A DNA stretch of 64,000 bases, from positions 1,760,001-1,824,000 of the forward strand of contig CAWGMA010000001.1 of assembly GCA_963823555.1 (NCBI GenBank), in the 5' to 3' direction. The position numbers and the translations under genes were made by a program. Below, piece by piece: positions 9,552-18,770 of this stretch. Below the pieces are notes generated by a model. It did not search any database. It saw only the letters and a list, made by a program, of their open reading frames with translations, and was not told where the DNA came from. This DNA comes from Candidatus Eiseniibacteriota bacterium (GTDB lineage Bacteria > Eisenbacteria > RBG-16-71-46 > CAVPCR01). The stretch's first letter is position 1; each line of letters begins with the position of its first letter.

Positions 9552-9793
9552 CAGCCACACCCCAGGTATATCGATTCATCTGACAAGGGATTGCGGTTGG
9601 GGAGCGGACCCTGGTTGCCCCCTGCCCCCCATGGCCCTGAAGGCACCTCTCTCGGACATCGAGTCAGAAGGCCCCTTCGGAATGGACATGGTGTCGCGGA
9701 TGTTGGCATGCCCGGGGCCATTGCAGGGCAGGTCCACCTTTCGACCTCGTCCCCCTGCGACCGCGGCTCCCGCCTTTGGTCTATGATCACGCC

Positions 9794-10447
9794 ATGCCAT
9801 CTCCTACCTGTGGACAACGTGCACGCCGGATATCCTCGCGAGGTCTCGTTCTCTTCTCGCTGCTTGTTTCCGCCGTTCTCGCGCCCTGCGTGGCGAGCCA
9901 CCAGGCAATTGCCGGGGACGCGACGCCACCGCCATCTCCTGACGCAGCCTCAGCCACCCGACTCACCGTCAAGGTCGTCGCCGACACCCTGTACCTCACC
10001 ATCGACCTTCCCACCCGCGAGTTCGCAGGCGCCGGCGTGCTCGCCGACGGCAACAAGGACGACAAGATCGACGCCGGCGAGGTCGTGGCGAGCCGCGACT
10101 CGCTGGCCAGCTACCTCGAGAAGAAGCTCTTCATCATCCAGGACGACGGCATGCTGGCGCCGCGCTTCCGTGACATCATCGCCACCGCACCGCCTCAGGG
10201 ACGAGCGGTGGATCGCATCACGGTCGCGATGCAGGCGCCTCTTCTCAACACGTACGAGAGGATTGGATTCGCCTCGGGCTATCTCGTCGAACACATCACC
10301 GGCTATCGAACCGAGATCCGCGTCGAATGGGAGGGGGCGCAGGCGGGATTCGATGTCGCCCAGAGCATCCAGTGGGTCGATCCACCCGCCGAGGGCGCCA
10401 CGATCCTCGAGCTTCCAGGGCGGAAGCCCGCCTCGGGCGCGCCCTAG
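9794..10447 (+). CDS. Secreted hypothetical protein with an EF-hand-like loop
   Basis: Hydrophobic signal segment, DGNKDDKIDAGE, GC-type codon usage, TATGAT 6 nt before the ATG. Confidence 0.6.
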   Translation: MPSPTCGQRARRISSRGLVLFSLLVSAVLAPCVASHQAIAGDATPPPSPDAASATRLTVKVVADTLYLTIDLPTREFAGAGVLADGNKDDKIDAGEVVASRDSLASYLEKKLFIIQDDGMLAPRFRDIIATAPPQGRAVDRITVAMQAPLLNTYERIGFASGYLVEHITGYRTEIRVEWEGAQAGFDVAQSIQWVDPPAEGATILELPGRKPASGAP

Positions 10448-10550
10448 CGCCCCGGCGGCGTCCGCGCCGAATGGTGAACCCTCGGCTGACTCGAGCGGCT
10501 CTCACCGGATGAAGGCCAGAGAGAGCTCCCCTGGACCGGAGTGAGGCAGG

Positions 10551-10715
10551 ATGGACAGCATATTCGGATTCGTCGTCTTCATCGTCGTCTGGATCGCGAT
10601 CCAGACCTGGGTGCTTCCCCGACTGGGGATCCCCACCTGAGGCGTTCCCAACCCGCGCCGGTCGGCGCGCTCTGACCAGGACAAGGACCATCACGACACC
10701 ACCGGGAGGTGTTGA
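10551..10715 (+). CDS. Small membrane protein, candidate selenoprotein (UGA at 10638-10640; 29 aa if terminated, 54 aa if read through)
   Basis: GAGG RBS; MDSIFGFVVFIVVWIAIQTWVLPRLGIPT-UGA-GVPNPRRSARSDQDKDHHDTTGRC; SECIS-like hairpin follows the UGA. Confidence 0.6.
10641..10670 (+). promoter_or_regulatory. Candidate bacterial SECIS element
   Basis: Stem CGCGCC(10654-10659)/GGCGCG(10664-10669) with a GGTC loop starting 19 nt after the UGA. Confidence 0.5.
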
Positions 10716-10717
10716 TC

Positions 10718-11119
10718 ATGGAAACACGCACGGCGTTCGGGATGAGGAAGGAGCTCGATCAGAGCTTCGACGAGGTGCTCGCCCGCGTCCCCGAGGCGCT
10801 ACAGAAGGAAGGGTTCGGCGTCCTCACCGAGATCGACGTCAAGGACACGCTCAAGGATAAGCTCGGTGTCGAGTTTCGCCGCTACAAGATCCTCGGGGCC
10901 TGCAATCCGCCCCTCGCCCACCGGGCGCTTTCCACCGAGATCGAGATCGGGCTCATGCTCCCCTGCAACGTGATCGTCTACGAGAAGCCGGGCGCGGGGA
11001 CCGTGGTGGCCGCGATCGATCCGATGCAGACCATCGCGGGGCAGGGAAGCCAGGAGATCCGCGAGGTCGCCGCCACGGTGCGCGAGAAGCTGGCGCGGGT
11101 GCTGGATCACCTCGGATGA
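10718..11119 (+). CDS. DUF302 domain protein
   Basis: EGFGVLTEIDV..YKILGACNP..IGLMLPCNVIV; GGAGGT RBS. Confidence 0.9.
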   Translation: METRTAFGMRKELDQSFDEVLARVPEALQKEGFGVLTEIDVKDTLKDKLGVEFRRYKILGACNPPLAHRALSTEIEIGLMLPCNVIVYEKPGAGTVVAAIDPMQTIAGQGSQEIREVAATVREKLARVLDHLG

Positions 11120-11122
11120 GGA

Positions 11123-12016
11123 TCAGGTCTCGCGGCGATCGACGAGCCAGACACCGAGGATGATGAGCGCTCCGCCCAGGAGCGAGACCGGCATGATCGT
11201 CTCCCCGAGGACCAGGCGGGCGACGACGACCGCCACCAGCGGTTCGAGGTAGAGCAATACTCCGACCTGTGAAGCCGGCATCGCCTTCAAGGCGTCGTAC
11301 CAGAAGATGTAGGCCAGTCCGGAACAGAAGACCCCGAGGAACCCGAGCGCCATCCAGCCGCGACCGGACAGCTGCGCGACCTCGGCCAGGGATGGACCAC
11401 CGATCAGGAGGAAGGTCGCGAGCAGCCAGCCCAGCCCCATCACATAGAGCATCATGAGAGCGGCCGGATGGCGCTTGAGCCCGCGCCGCGACAGCACCGA
11501 GAACACCGCCCAGTTGGGCGCGCTCAAGAGGATCAACCGATCCCCCGCATTCCCGAAGCCGCCGTTCCAGAGCTGGGCGACGTGCCCCTTCCCTACCACG
11601 AGGATGACGCCCGCCGCGGCGAGCGCAATACCCGCGGAGCGCAGCCAGCCGATCCGCTCCCCGAGCACGAGCCACCCCAGGAGCGCCATGAAGATCGGCG
11701 ACGTGGAGACGATCCACGACGTCGTCGAAGCTTCGGCGGTCCTGAGACCGTTGGCCTGCAGCCACTGATGGAATGTGACGCCGAGAAAGCCGAGGCAGGC
11801 GAAGTAGACGAGGTCGCGCCGCCCAACGCGGGCGAGCTCGCGGCGCGCCGCAGCGGTCACGGCGAGAACCGCGACACCCGTGGCGAAGCGCAGGCAGATG
11901 ATCGTGGCGGGAGAAAGGTCTTCGAGCGCCACCTTGGTGGCGATGAAGGAGGCACCCCACACGACGACGGCGACCAGCGCCTTCGTGACGGCGATCGCGC
12001 GCGGGTGCGAACTCAA
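11123..12016 (-). CDS. EamA/DMT family transporter
   Basis: VWGASFIATK, RF, LGERI, LEPLVA..LGE; about 10 TM segments. Confidence 0.9.
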   Translation of the reverse strand: MSSHPRAIAVTKALVAVVVWGASFIATKVALEDLSPATIICLRFATGVAVLAVTAAARRELARVGRRDLVYFACLGFLGVTFHQWLQANGLRTAEASTTSWIVSTSPIFMALLGWLVLGERIGWLRSAGIALAAAGVILVVGKGHVAQLWNGGFGNAGDRLILLSAPNWAVFSVLSRRGLKRHPAALMMLYVMGLGWLLATFLLIGGPSLAEVAQLSGRGWMALGFLGVFCSGLAYIFWYDALKAMPASQVGVLLYLEPLVAVVVARLVLGETIMPVSLLGGALIILGVWLVDRRET

Positions 12017-12105
12017 AGGCGGAGATCTCTCACGGGATCAGAGAGGGGTGCGGCCATCCTCAGGCGCGCGTTCCGGCCGATCGGGACAACGGGAGGAGAG
12101 AGAAG

Positions 12106-12182
<77 letters not shown>

Positions 12183-12202
12183 GCCAAACTCAAGGACCAA
12201 AT

Positions 12203-12232
12203 AGGCTAGCCGAGGCCCCGGCGGTGTGTCAA
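12203..12232 (-). promoter_or_regulatory. Sigma70-type promoter for tRNA-Asp
   Basis: TTGACA-N18-TAGCCT. Confidence 0.55.
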
Positions 12233-12248
12233 TGGGATTCCCCGCGCC

Positions 12249-12896
12249 CTAGGGTCGGCGATCCGCCTGCGCCCGAGCCAGTTCCCCGATGAAGGGCAGC
12301 AGGTAGGTCTCGTGCTTGAGCGCCTTCCACATGGCCAGGAGCCAGACCAGGACGAAGCCCACGGCCGCCATCGCGAACAGCCCCTTCCCGATGAGCGGTA
12401 CCAGGAGCACCACGGCGCCGACCAGGGCCAGCGCCGCGGTAAGGAGCATCGACTGCATGGCGTGAAAGCGCACGAAGCGGTTCCCCGGCTCGTAGAGGAA
12501 GTAAAAGATGAGCCCGCTCATGGCCCAACCGAGATAGGCGAGGGCGCCGGCGTGGTGAGGAGCGAGCAGGACCTGCCCCTCGTCTGCCGCCCTGGCGCCG
12601 GTTGCCGTGCCCGCCGCTGCCTCCTGGGTAGACGCAGGCCGAGGGGCCTCCTTGACGAGCACATCGGCGGCCATCGCGCGCAGCCGCTCGCTGGCAGTCC
12701 GGGCCGCATCTTGCAGTTCCTCGATGGCCACCGCCGTCTCGGAACGCACCTCCCGGCCCACGGCCCGCGCCGCCACCTCGGCCTTCTCGGCGGCGACATG
12801 GAACGCGCGACGAGCCTCCTCGATAGCCTGCGTGAGATCTTGACCTCTGGACTCCGTGGAGCCTCTCTCCTCGCCCTGGGATCCCTGTTCGTCCAT
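12249..12896 (-). CDS. DUF4870-like membrane protein with N-terminal helical extension
   Basis: AGALAYLG..SGLIFY..RFVRFHAMQS..YLLPFIGELA. Confidence 0.75.
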   Translation of the reverse strand: MDEQGSQGEERGSTESRGQDLTQAIEEARRAFHVAAEKAEVAARAVGREVRSETAVAIEELQDAARTASERLRAMAADVLVKEAPRPASTQEAAAGTATGARAADEGQVLLAPHHAGALAYLGWAMSGLIFYFLYEPGNRFVRFHAMQSMLLTAALALVGAVVLLVPLIGKGLFAMAAVGFVLVWLLAMWKALKHETYLLPFIGELARAQADRRP

Positions 12897-13053
12897 GCCA
12901 CCAGTCTACCAGATGCCACTCCGAGCCCCCACGAATGCCCGGGGCGCTAAGGATCTACCCCTGGCCGCTCGATAATCGGGGCAAGCTGGCCGCCTTCCCG
13001 ACACCCGTTACCCACCATCTCATCCTGAGATAGCACCTCGGTAAAGGAGCTCA

Positions 13054-13695
13054 ATGCCCCGCTCCGTGGCTCGGCCCAAGCCTCTCCCCCAACCACTCCG
13101 CACCTTCTCGCCGGGACCGGGGGCCGCAGTCGATATCGCGCTCAAGACCGATCTCGCCAGTTCGTATCGCGAGATTCGCCGCCTCCGCTCCTGGCTGGGT
13201 CACCTGGCCGAGATCGCGGACATGCCGCCGCTCGCGCTCTTCGAGTTCCGCCTGGCTGCAATCGAGACATTCGTGCACATGATCGAGGATGCCTACCAGG
13301 GGGATGAGCACGGCGTGGTCAAGGCGACCTTGCTCGTACGCGGACCCGAGGTCCGCCTCGTGCTTCGCGATTACGGGCAGAAGCTGATGCCGCTCTCGGA
13401 GGACAAGAGCCGGGTTCCGGAGGGCATGGGCAGCGAGCTGTTCTTGATCCAGCGCCTGGCCGACGAGGTCAAGTTCCACACCTCGTTGCCTCGGGGTTCG
13501 GCGGTGGAGATCATGAAACGGCTCGAGACGCCAGGAAGCACGCCCCCCGCCGGGAGAACAGCGGCCAGCGAGCCCATGACGTTGGCATCGCCGACGACCG
13601 CGTCAGAGCCTGGTCGCGCCCGCACCCGCGTGCGACGCAAGAGTCCCGCTGCTCGCGCACCGCGTTCCGCTACGGGAGCTCAGGGCAGCACCTGA
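13054..13695 (+). CDS. RsbW/anti-sigma-like HATPase-fold protein, degenerate, with low-complexity tail
   Basis: FRLAAIE.....AY, LRDYG, LFLIQRLADEV; AAGGAG RBS. Confidence 0.65.
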   Translation: MPRSVARPKPLPQPLRTFSPGPGAAVDIALKTDLASSYREIRRLRSWLGHLAEIADMPPLALFEFRLAAIETFVHMIEDAYQGDEHGVVKATLLVRGPEVRLVLRDYGQKLMPLSEDKSRVPEGMGSELFLIQRLADEVKFHTSLPRGSAVEIMKRLETPGSTPPAGRTAASEPMTLASPTTASEPGRARTRVRRKSPAARAPRSATGAQGST

Positions 13696-13761
13696 AGCAC
13701 GGCACTCACGTTATCGGGCTGCCGGAGATGCCGGCCGGAGAGAAAGGGACCTCGAGAGCGC

Positions 13762-14166
13762 TCAGGCTTCGGCGGGATCCGGAGTCTGCGTCGTGATCCC
13801 TCCGCCGTGACCGGATTCCTGTCCCCGGTCCGGCTCCTGCTGGAACGTGTGGTGACACTCGCGGCAAGTGAGCAGGACATAGCTCTCCGCATCCAGCTCG
13901 GGAACCGTGTACGTCACGGCGTAGCCCGCAGCCAGACACTGCGGGCACCGCACGGGAAAGAGCCTCAACCCGGGCCGGTGTCCCGTTTCCAGGGACATGG
14001 CACCGCCGGGCGCGACCTCGTACATGCGGTGGCAAGCGGGGCAAGCCGCAAAAACGACCTCCGACTCGGCCTCGAGTTCGAGCCGGAGCGCGATCTCGAG
14101 GCTGGTCTCCCCAGGGCACAATGGGCAGGGCACCCGGGCGAGATCGGGGAGAACAGGGCTCGGCAT
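13762..14166 (-). CDS. Small double zinc-ribbon protein
   Basis: CPLC, CPAC, CPQC, CREC; GGAGG RBS before ATG 14166. Confidence 0.65.
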   Translation of the reverse strand: MPSPVLPDLARVPCPLCPGETSLEIALRLELEAESEVVFAACPACHRMYEVAPGGAMSLETGHRPGLRLFPVRCPQCLAAGYAVTYTVPELDAESYVLLTCRECHHTFQQEPDRGQESGHGGGITTQTPDPAEA

Positions 14167-14259
14167 AGAAGTCCCTCCACCTGAAATCGTGGGGACCTCG
14201 GCGCACGACGGGGGAAAGGTGGCGGTAGGATAGCACACACTGTGCGGCCGAGTCGAGAA

Positions 14260-15648
14260 CTAGCGCGTAGCCAGAGGGAAAACCTCCGTCCCGCGCAGCG
14301 CTTGTCCACCGTCATCGAGGTGGACGAGTCGGATCCCGGGATAGTAGTGCTCGAGAATGTCGGCGTGGTCGTGTCCGCGGGCCGCCATGCCCAGGGCACC
14401 GGCCTGACACATGCCGACACCGTGCCCGTTTCCGGCACCGCGAGCCACGACGGTCTCCACTCGATTGCCGCGCTTCTCGACCTCGAGCTCGAACTGCGTG
14501 GATCGCAGGATCGCGCCGCGGCCCCCCGGGCGTCTGAGGACCCATCGGATGCGGTCACCGCGCTCCCCGCCGAGCCGATATTCGCGTCCCCCGGCGCGCA
14601 CCTCGAGAACCCTCACCCGGCCGGAGGAGTTGCGGGCGACGACCCGCACGTCCTCCAATGGACCCTGTGGTTCTGGACCGCCAAATTCCTTCCCTGCATA
14701 GCGTTCGAGCAGGTTCATGAACTCGTTTCCAGTCCACCGCTCCTCCCAGCGGTAGTGCGGGGATGCCGAACAGAAATCGGCCCCTCCCTGCCGATCCGGG
14801 TGCGGTTCGAGGTACGGCTCAGGGGGGAAATTCCACGTCTCCTCGACGGCGGCCGTCATCCCACCGCACGCGGCCGAGTAGTACGCGCCGATCAGAACGC
14901 CGTTGTAGACCGCCACCACGCCGGACGTCTCGGTCACCGCCCGCGATGCACCCGGACGCTCCGCGGACTCACCGCCATAGGCCTGATCGCGCACGTCCCC
15001 GTGGAGGTCGAACCCGAGCTCCGGCCAGCGCTCGAGATGAGACACGGCATAGGTGCGCGCCGCCACGGCCTGGGCCTTCACCGCCTCGATCGCCTCGGCT
15101 CCCGGTGAGCCGATCTCGAGGGGGACGACGCCGAGGAGGTAGTCCTCGAGCTCGACGACGTTCACGGCCGTGAGACGACCCCCCTGGTCGGCGAAGACCT
15201 CGATCCAACCCCGGTAGGAAACCCCATCCGCGGCGAGGAGCATCTCCGCGGGCGGCCGCAGGCGAAGCGTATCGGCAAAGACCCGGGGCTCAGCCCCGCC
15301 AGGATGGACCCTGATCCGGCCCGGGACCGAGGCGGAGAGGCTCATGCGGCGAAACCGCCCGCTCACCTCTCCTCGGATCGTCTCGAGCACGACGGGTTCC
15401 CTGGCGGTCACGGCCAGGGAGTCCTTGCCCACGGCGATCCCGATCCGTAGCGGGCGATCCGGGAGCAAGGGCAAGCGCGCCGCGGGCGGCGCGGTCGGGG
15501 GACTGGGCTTCTTCCCAGCGCAACCGCCGAGGAGGAAGATCGCGGCCAGAAGGAAAGCGGGCGCCGCGTTCCCGAGAAGCCCCCCCGGGGCAGAACGGAG
15601 GCTAACCGGGCGGCCCGGAGCGCATGGACCGATCCTGCTCGTCGCCAT
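14260..15648 (-). CDS. SpoIID/LytB-domain lipoprotein (lytic transglycosylase-like)
   Basis: Lipobox LLGGC; LEDYLLGVVPLE, KAQAVAARTYA, DQAYGG, GNGHGVGMCQ.GA, ILEHYYPG; start codon uncertain. Confidence 0.9.
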   Translation of the reverse strand: MATSRIGPCAPGRPVSLRSAPGGLLGNAAPAFLLAAIFLLGGCAGKKPSPPTAPPAARLPLLPDRPLRIGIAVGKDSLAVTAREPVVLETIRGEVSGRFRRMSLSASVPGRIRVHPGGAEPRVFADTLRLRPPAEMLLAADGVSYRGWIEVFADQGGRLTAVNVVELEDYLLGVVPLEIGSPGAEAIEAVKAQAVAARTYAVSHLERWPELGFDLHGDVRDQAYGGESAERPGASRAVTETSGVVAVYNGVLIGAYYSAACGGMTAAVEETWNFPPEPYLEPHPDRQGGADFCSASPHYRWEERWTGNEFMNLLERYAGKEFGGPEPQGPLEDVRVVARNSSGRVRVLEVRAGGREYRLGGERGDRIRWVLRRPGGRGAILRSTQFELEVEKRGNRVETVVARGAGNGHGVGMCQAGALGMAARGHDHADILEHYYPGIRLVHLDDGGQALRGTEVFPLATR

Positions 15649-15754
15649 CGCACGTCGTCCCTGATGGGCTTGCATCACACTGCGCCACGAGAAACGCGAG
15701 AACGTGCCTGCTGGGGCACGTTCTCGCGTCAGCTCGACATCGGAATCGAAGGTG

Positions 15755-17041
15755 TTATTTGCTCGCGGCCGGGATCGTCACCTCGCCCCGCTTCTGCCCG
15801 CCGTAGAAGGCCACGCCGAGCCCCTTCGACCAGTAGAAGGCCGCATCCATGTTGTTGCCGCTCGAGTCGGTGTAGGAGCGGTACTCCTCCGGAGGTCCCT
15901 TCTCGGTGATCATCTTCGGGAGATCGCCGCTGGCGTACTTCGGATCCGCCTTCAGGCTCTCGGCATCCTGCTCGCTGCCCTTGGCCAGGCTGTTGTACAG
16001 GATGATCCAGCTCTCGGCCGAGGTGTTGTCGCCTGACTGGCGGAGAATGCTGGCCTTCAGCCGGTACCCGTCCGCATCGTGCGGGTCGGCGGCGATGTAG
16101 AGATCGCAGTACTCCGTCGCCTTGGCGAAGTCCTTGGCCTGAATCTCCAGCATACAGAGCTGGTAGTAGACAGCGAGCCTGTCCTGCTTGCTCTCGGCGG
16201 TCGGAGTGAACTTGAGGAGCGCCTCGCGTGCCGGGTCGATCGCTGTCGAGTCCCCGGCGAAGGCCATCATCGCGTACGAAGAGCCGATCTGGTACTGGAG
16301 GTTGGGATTGCTGGAGTCGACCTTCTCGGCCTCCTCGTACCAGACGATGGCCGAGCTGAGAAGGCGCGTCCGTGCCGTGTCCTCGCTGACCTTCGCACCC
16401 TCCTTGTACAGGGCATCACCCTGCTCCATGTAGGAGCTGAGCAGATTGGTGCGCAACCCTTCGTGATCCGGGCACACCTTGAGCCCGGCCTGCAGCACCG
16501 GGATGGCTTCGGCGGGGCGGCCCATCTTGCTCAAGGCCGAGCCCTTTACGTTGTGGGCCTTGCAGCTGTCGGGAGCGATCTGGATGGCGATGTTCGCTTC
16601 ATCGATAGCGGGCTCATAGGCTTCCTTCTTGAAGTAGTCGAGCGACTGGTTGTAGTGCTGCACCCAGAAGGAACCGCGGTTGTTGAGCACCTTCTCGCGA
16701 TCCTTGCCTTCCGAGTACTTGACCGCTTCCATGAAGTAGCAGCCGGACTCGTCGAACTTCTCCATCTCCGCGGCCAGCATCCCCATGAACATGTTCCACT
16801 CCCACTGATCGGGAGTCCCGCACAGGGCGAGATGACCCTGCTCAAACGCCTTCGCCAGGACCTCGGGATCCGGCGGCTTGGTGGCGTGCGCCACGCCCCA
16901 GTAGGACTTGAGGGAGCGGCCGTGCATCTTCGGATCATCCACCTGCTCGCCATCGCATGACTGGCAGACATCGGCGCGCACGCCCGCACTCAGCCCTGCC
17001 AGCAGAACCATGACCAGCGCACCGATCCACTTCACTCTCAT
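15755..17041 (-). CDS. Secreted TPR-repeat protein
   Basis: Signal peptide and multiple TPR-like helical repeats; GGAG RBS. Confidence 0.75.
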   Translation of the reverse strand: MRVKWIGALVMVLLAGLSAGVRADVCQSCDGEQVDDPKMHGRSLKSYWGVAHATKPPDPEVLAKAFEQGHLALCGTPDQWEWNMFMGMLAAEMEKFDESGCYFMEAVKYSEGKDREKVLNNRGSFWVQHYNQSLDYFKKEAYEPAIDEANIAIQIAPDSCKAHNVKGSALSKMGRPAEAIPVLQAGLKVCPDHEGLRTNLLSSYMEQGDALYKEGAKVSEDTARTRLLSSAIVWYEEAEKVDSSNPNLQYQIGSSYAMMAFAGDSTAIDPAREALLKFTPTAESKQDRLAVYYQLCMLEIQAKDFAKATEYCDLYIAADPHDADGYRLKASILRQSGDNTSAESWIILYNSLAKGSEQDAESLKADPKYASGDLPKMITEKGPPEEYRSYTDSSGNNMDAAFYWSKGLGVAFYGGQKRGEVTIPAASK

Positions 17042-17124
17042 CGTTCAGTCTCCCTGCTCGGGCAGAGGGCCTTGCTCGCGCCCGAGTCCAGATCAGTGGA
17101 GACGATCGCGCACCCTACAACCGG

Positions 17125-17907
17125 TCACCGTCCTGCTCCCGCCATGATTCCGCGGACGATCTGCCGCTGGAAGATGAGAAACACGGCGAGGACCGGCAGG
17201 GCTGCGATCGATGACCCCGCCATCAGATGACCCCAATCCACCGAATGCTCGCCTTGCGAGATCAGGGCCAAACCAACCGGCAGGGTACGCATCCCCTCTG
17301 AGCTTGTCAATACAAGGGGATAGAGGAATGAGTTCCAGTTCGCCAGGAAGGTATTGATGGCGAGAACGGCAAGTGCCGGCTTGACAAGAGGAAGCGAAAC
17401 GGAGGCGAAGATGCGCAGATCCCCTGCGCCATCCACCCTGGCTGCCTCCTCGAGCTCGACCGGGACCGAGAGGAACGCCTGGCGCATGAGGAAGACATTG
17501 AACGCATCGACGAGGAAGGGAACGATCAGCGCGGCATAGGTGTCGATCCATCCCAGCCGCGAGACCAGGAGATAGAGCGGGATCATGCTGATCTGTCGCG
17601 GCACCATGAGGGTCACCAGAACGGCGCCCATGACGAAGCCGCGCCCGCGGAAGCGCGCCCGGGCCAGGGCATGTCCTGCCATCGCTGCGAAGATCAGATT
17701 GCCGGCAACGACAGCGGCGGCCACCACGAAGGAATTGAACACGAAGCGCCCGAACATGCCGTCCTGCCAGACGCTCAGGTAGTGGGTGAAAACGCCCCGC
17801 TCGCCGCCGGCGAGGGACAGGCGAAACATGAGCGCCAGCGGGTAGAGCATGGTCAGGAGGGCCGGCACCAGGACCGCCAGGGTCAGGAATGAGGAGCGGC
17901 GGTTCAC
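17125..17907 (-). CDS. Carbohydrate ABC transporter permease
   Basis: ELEEAARVDGA EAA motif, WNSFLYPL, TLPVGL; GTG start overlaps the upstream stop. Confidence 0.92.
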   Translation of the reverse strand: MNRRSSFLTLAVLVPALLTMLYPLALMFRLSLAGGERGVFTHYLSVWQDGMFGRFVFNSFVVAAAVVAGNLIFAAMAGHALARARFRGRGFVMGAVLVTLMVPRQISMIPLYLLVSRLGWIDTYAALIVPFLVDAFNVFLMRQAFLSVPVELEEAARVDGAGDLRIFASVSLPLVKPALAVLAINTFLANWNSFLYPLVLTSSEGMRTLPVGLALISQGEHSVDWGHLMAGSSIAALPVLAVFLIFQRQIVRGIMAGAGR

Positions 17908-18770
17908 ACCAGGCTCCGCTGCTCGCTCTTCAACCAGCGCAGCTCGAGGAGCGAGAACACGGCCAGCACCGCGAACAGCAAGTAGGCGACCGCACTCGCA
18001 TAGCCCATGCGGAACTGGTGGAAGGCGGCATCGTAGAGATAGAGGACGACCGTCTCGGTGGAGTGCAGCGGGCCACCACCGGTCATCACGAACACCTCGA
18101 CGAAGATCTGGAAGGACCGCATGGTGTTGACGACCAGGATGAAGAGCGTCATCGGCTTCAAGCCCGGCCACGTCACATGCCGCAACCGGCCCCAGAAGCC
18201 GGCGCCGTCGAGCGCCGCCGCTTCGTAGAGGTCATCGGATATGGCCTCGAGCCCGGCGAGGTAGAGCACCATGTAGTAGCCCACGCTGGCCCATATGTCC
18301 ATGGCCATGATCGCGGGCAATGCGAGCTGGGGATCGAGGAGCCAGCGCTGCGCCGGCAGCCCGATCAGCTTGAGCACCTGGTTGAAGCTACCGAACGGCG
18401 CGTAGAGGTTCTTCCAGATGAGCGAGATCACGACCATCGATACCACGCTCGGCACGAAGAATCCGGCGCGGAACAGCGGGCGAACGGGCAGGGGCCGGCG
18501 GACGAGGAGGGCGAGACCCAGTGCGAGCGTCGTCGTGATCGGGATGGTGCCGAGAACGAAGACGAAGGTGTTACGCAGCGCGCCCCAGAATCGTGGTTCA
18601 CCGAGGGCGCGGGCGTAGTGATCGAGGCCGACGAAAGCCCCGGCGCGGGGGTTGAGCGGCGACCAGTCGAGGAAGCTCAGGGCGATCGATGCGGCGATCG
18701 GGAACAGGCTGAAGACACAGAAAGTGGCGAGGAAGGGCGACAGGAAGAGGAGAGCGCTCCTCTTCTTCAC
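17904..18770 (-). CDS. Carbohydrate ABC transporter permease
   Basis: LYEAAALDGA, FVGLDHY, MTGGGP, MGYASA; GTG start overlaps the upstream stop. Confidence 0.92.
   Translation of the reverse strand: MKKRSALLFLSPFLATFCVFSLFPIAASIALSFLDWSPLNPRAGAFVGLDHYARALGEPRFWGALRNTFVFVLGTIPITTTLALGLALLVRRPLPVRPLFRAGFFVPSVVSMVVISLIWKNLYAPFGSFNQVLKLIGLPAQRWLLDPQLALPAIMAMDIWASVGYYMVLYLAGLEAISDDLYEAAALDGAGFWGRLRHVTWPGLKPMTLFILVVNTMRSFQIFVEVFVMTGGGPLHSTETVVLYLYDAAFHQFRMGYASAVAYLLFAVLAVFSLLELRWLKSEQRSLV

Noticed and set aside
9704..9725. Plus-strand sigma54-like TGGCATG...TTGCA
   Set aside because: Spacing between the -24 and -12 elements is too long.
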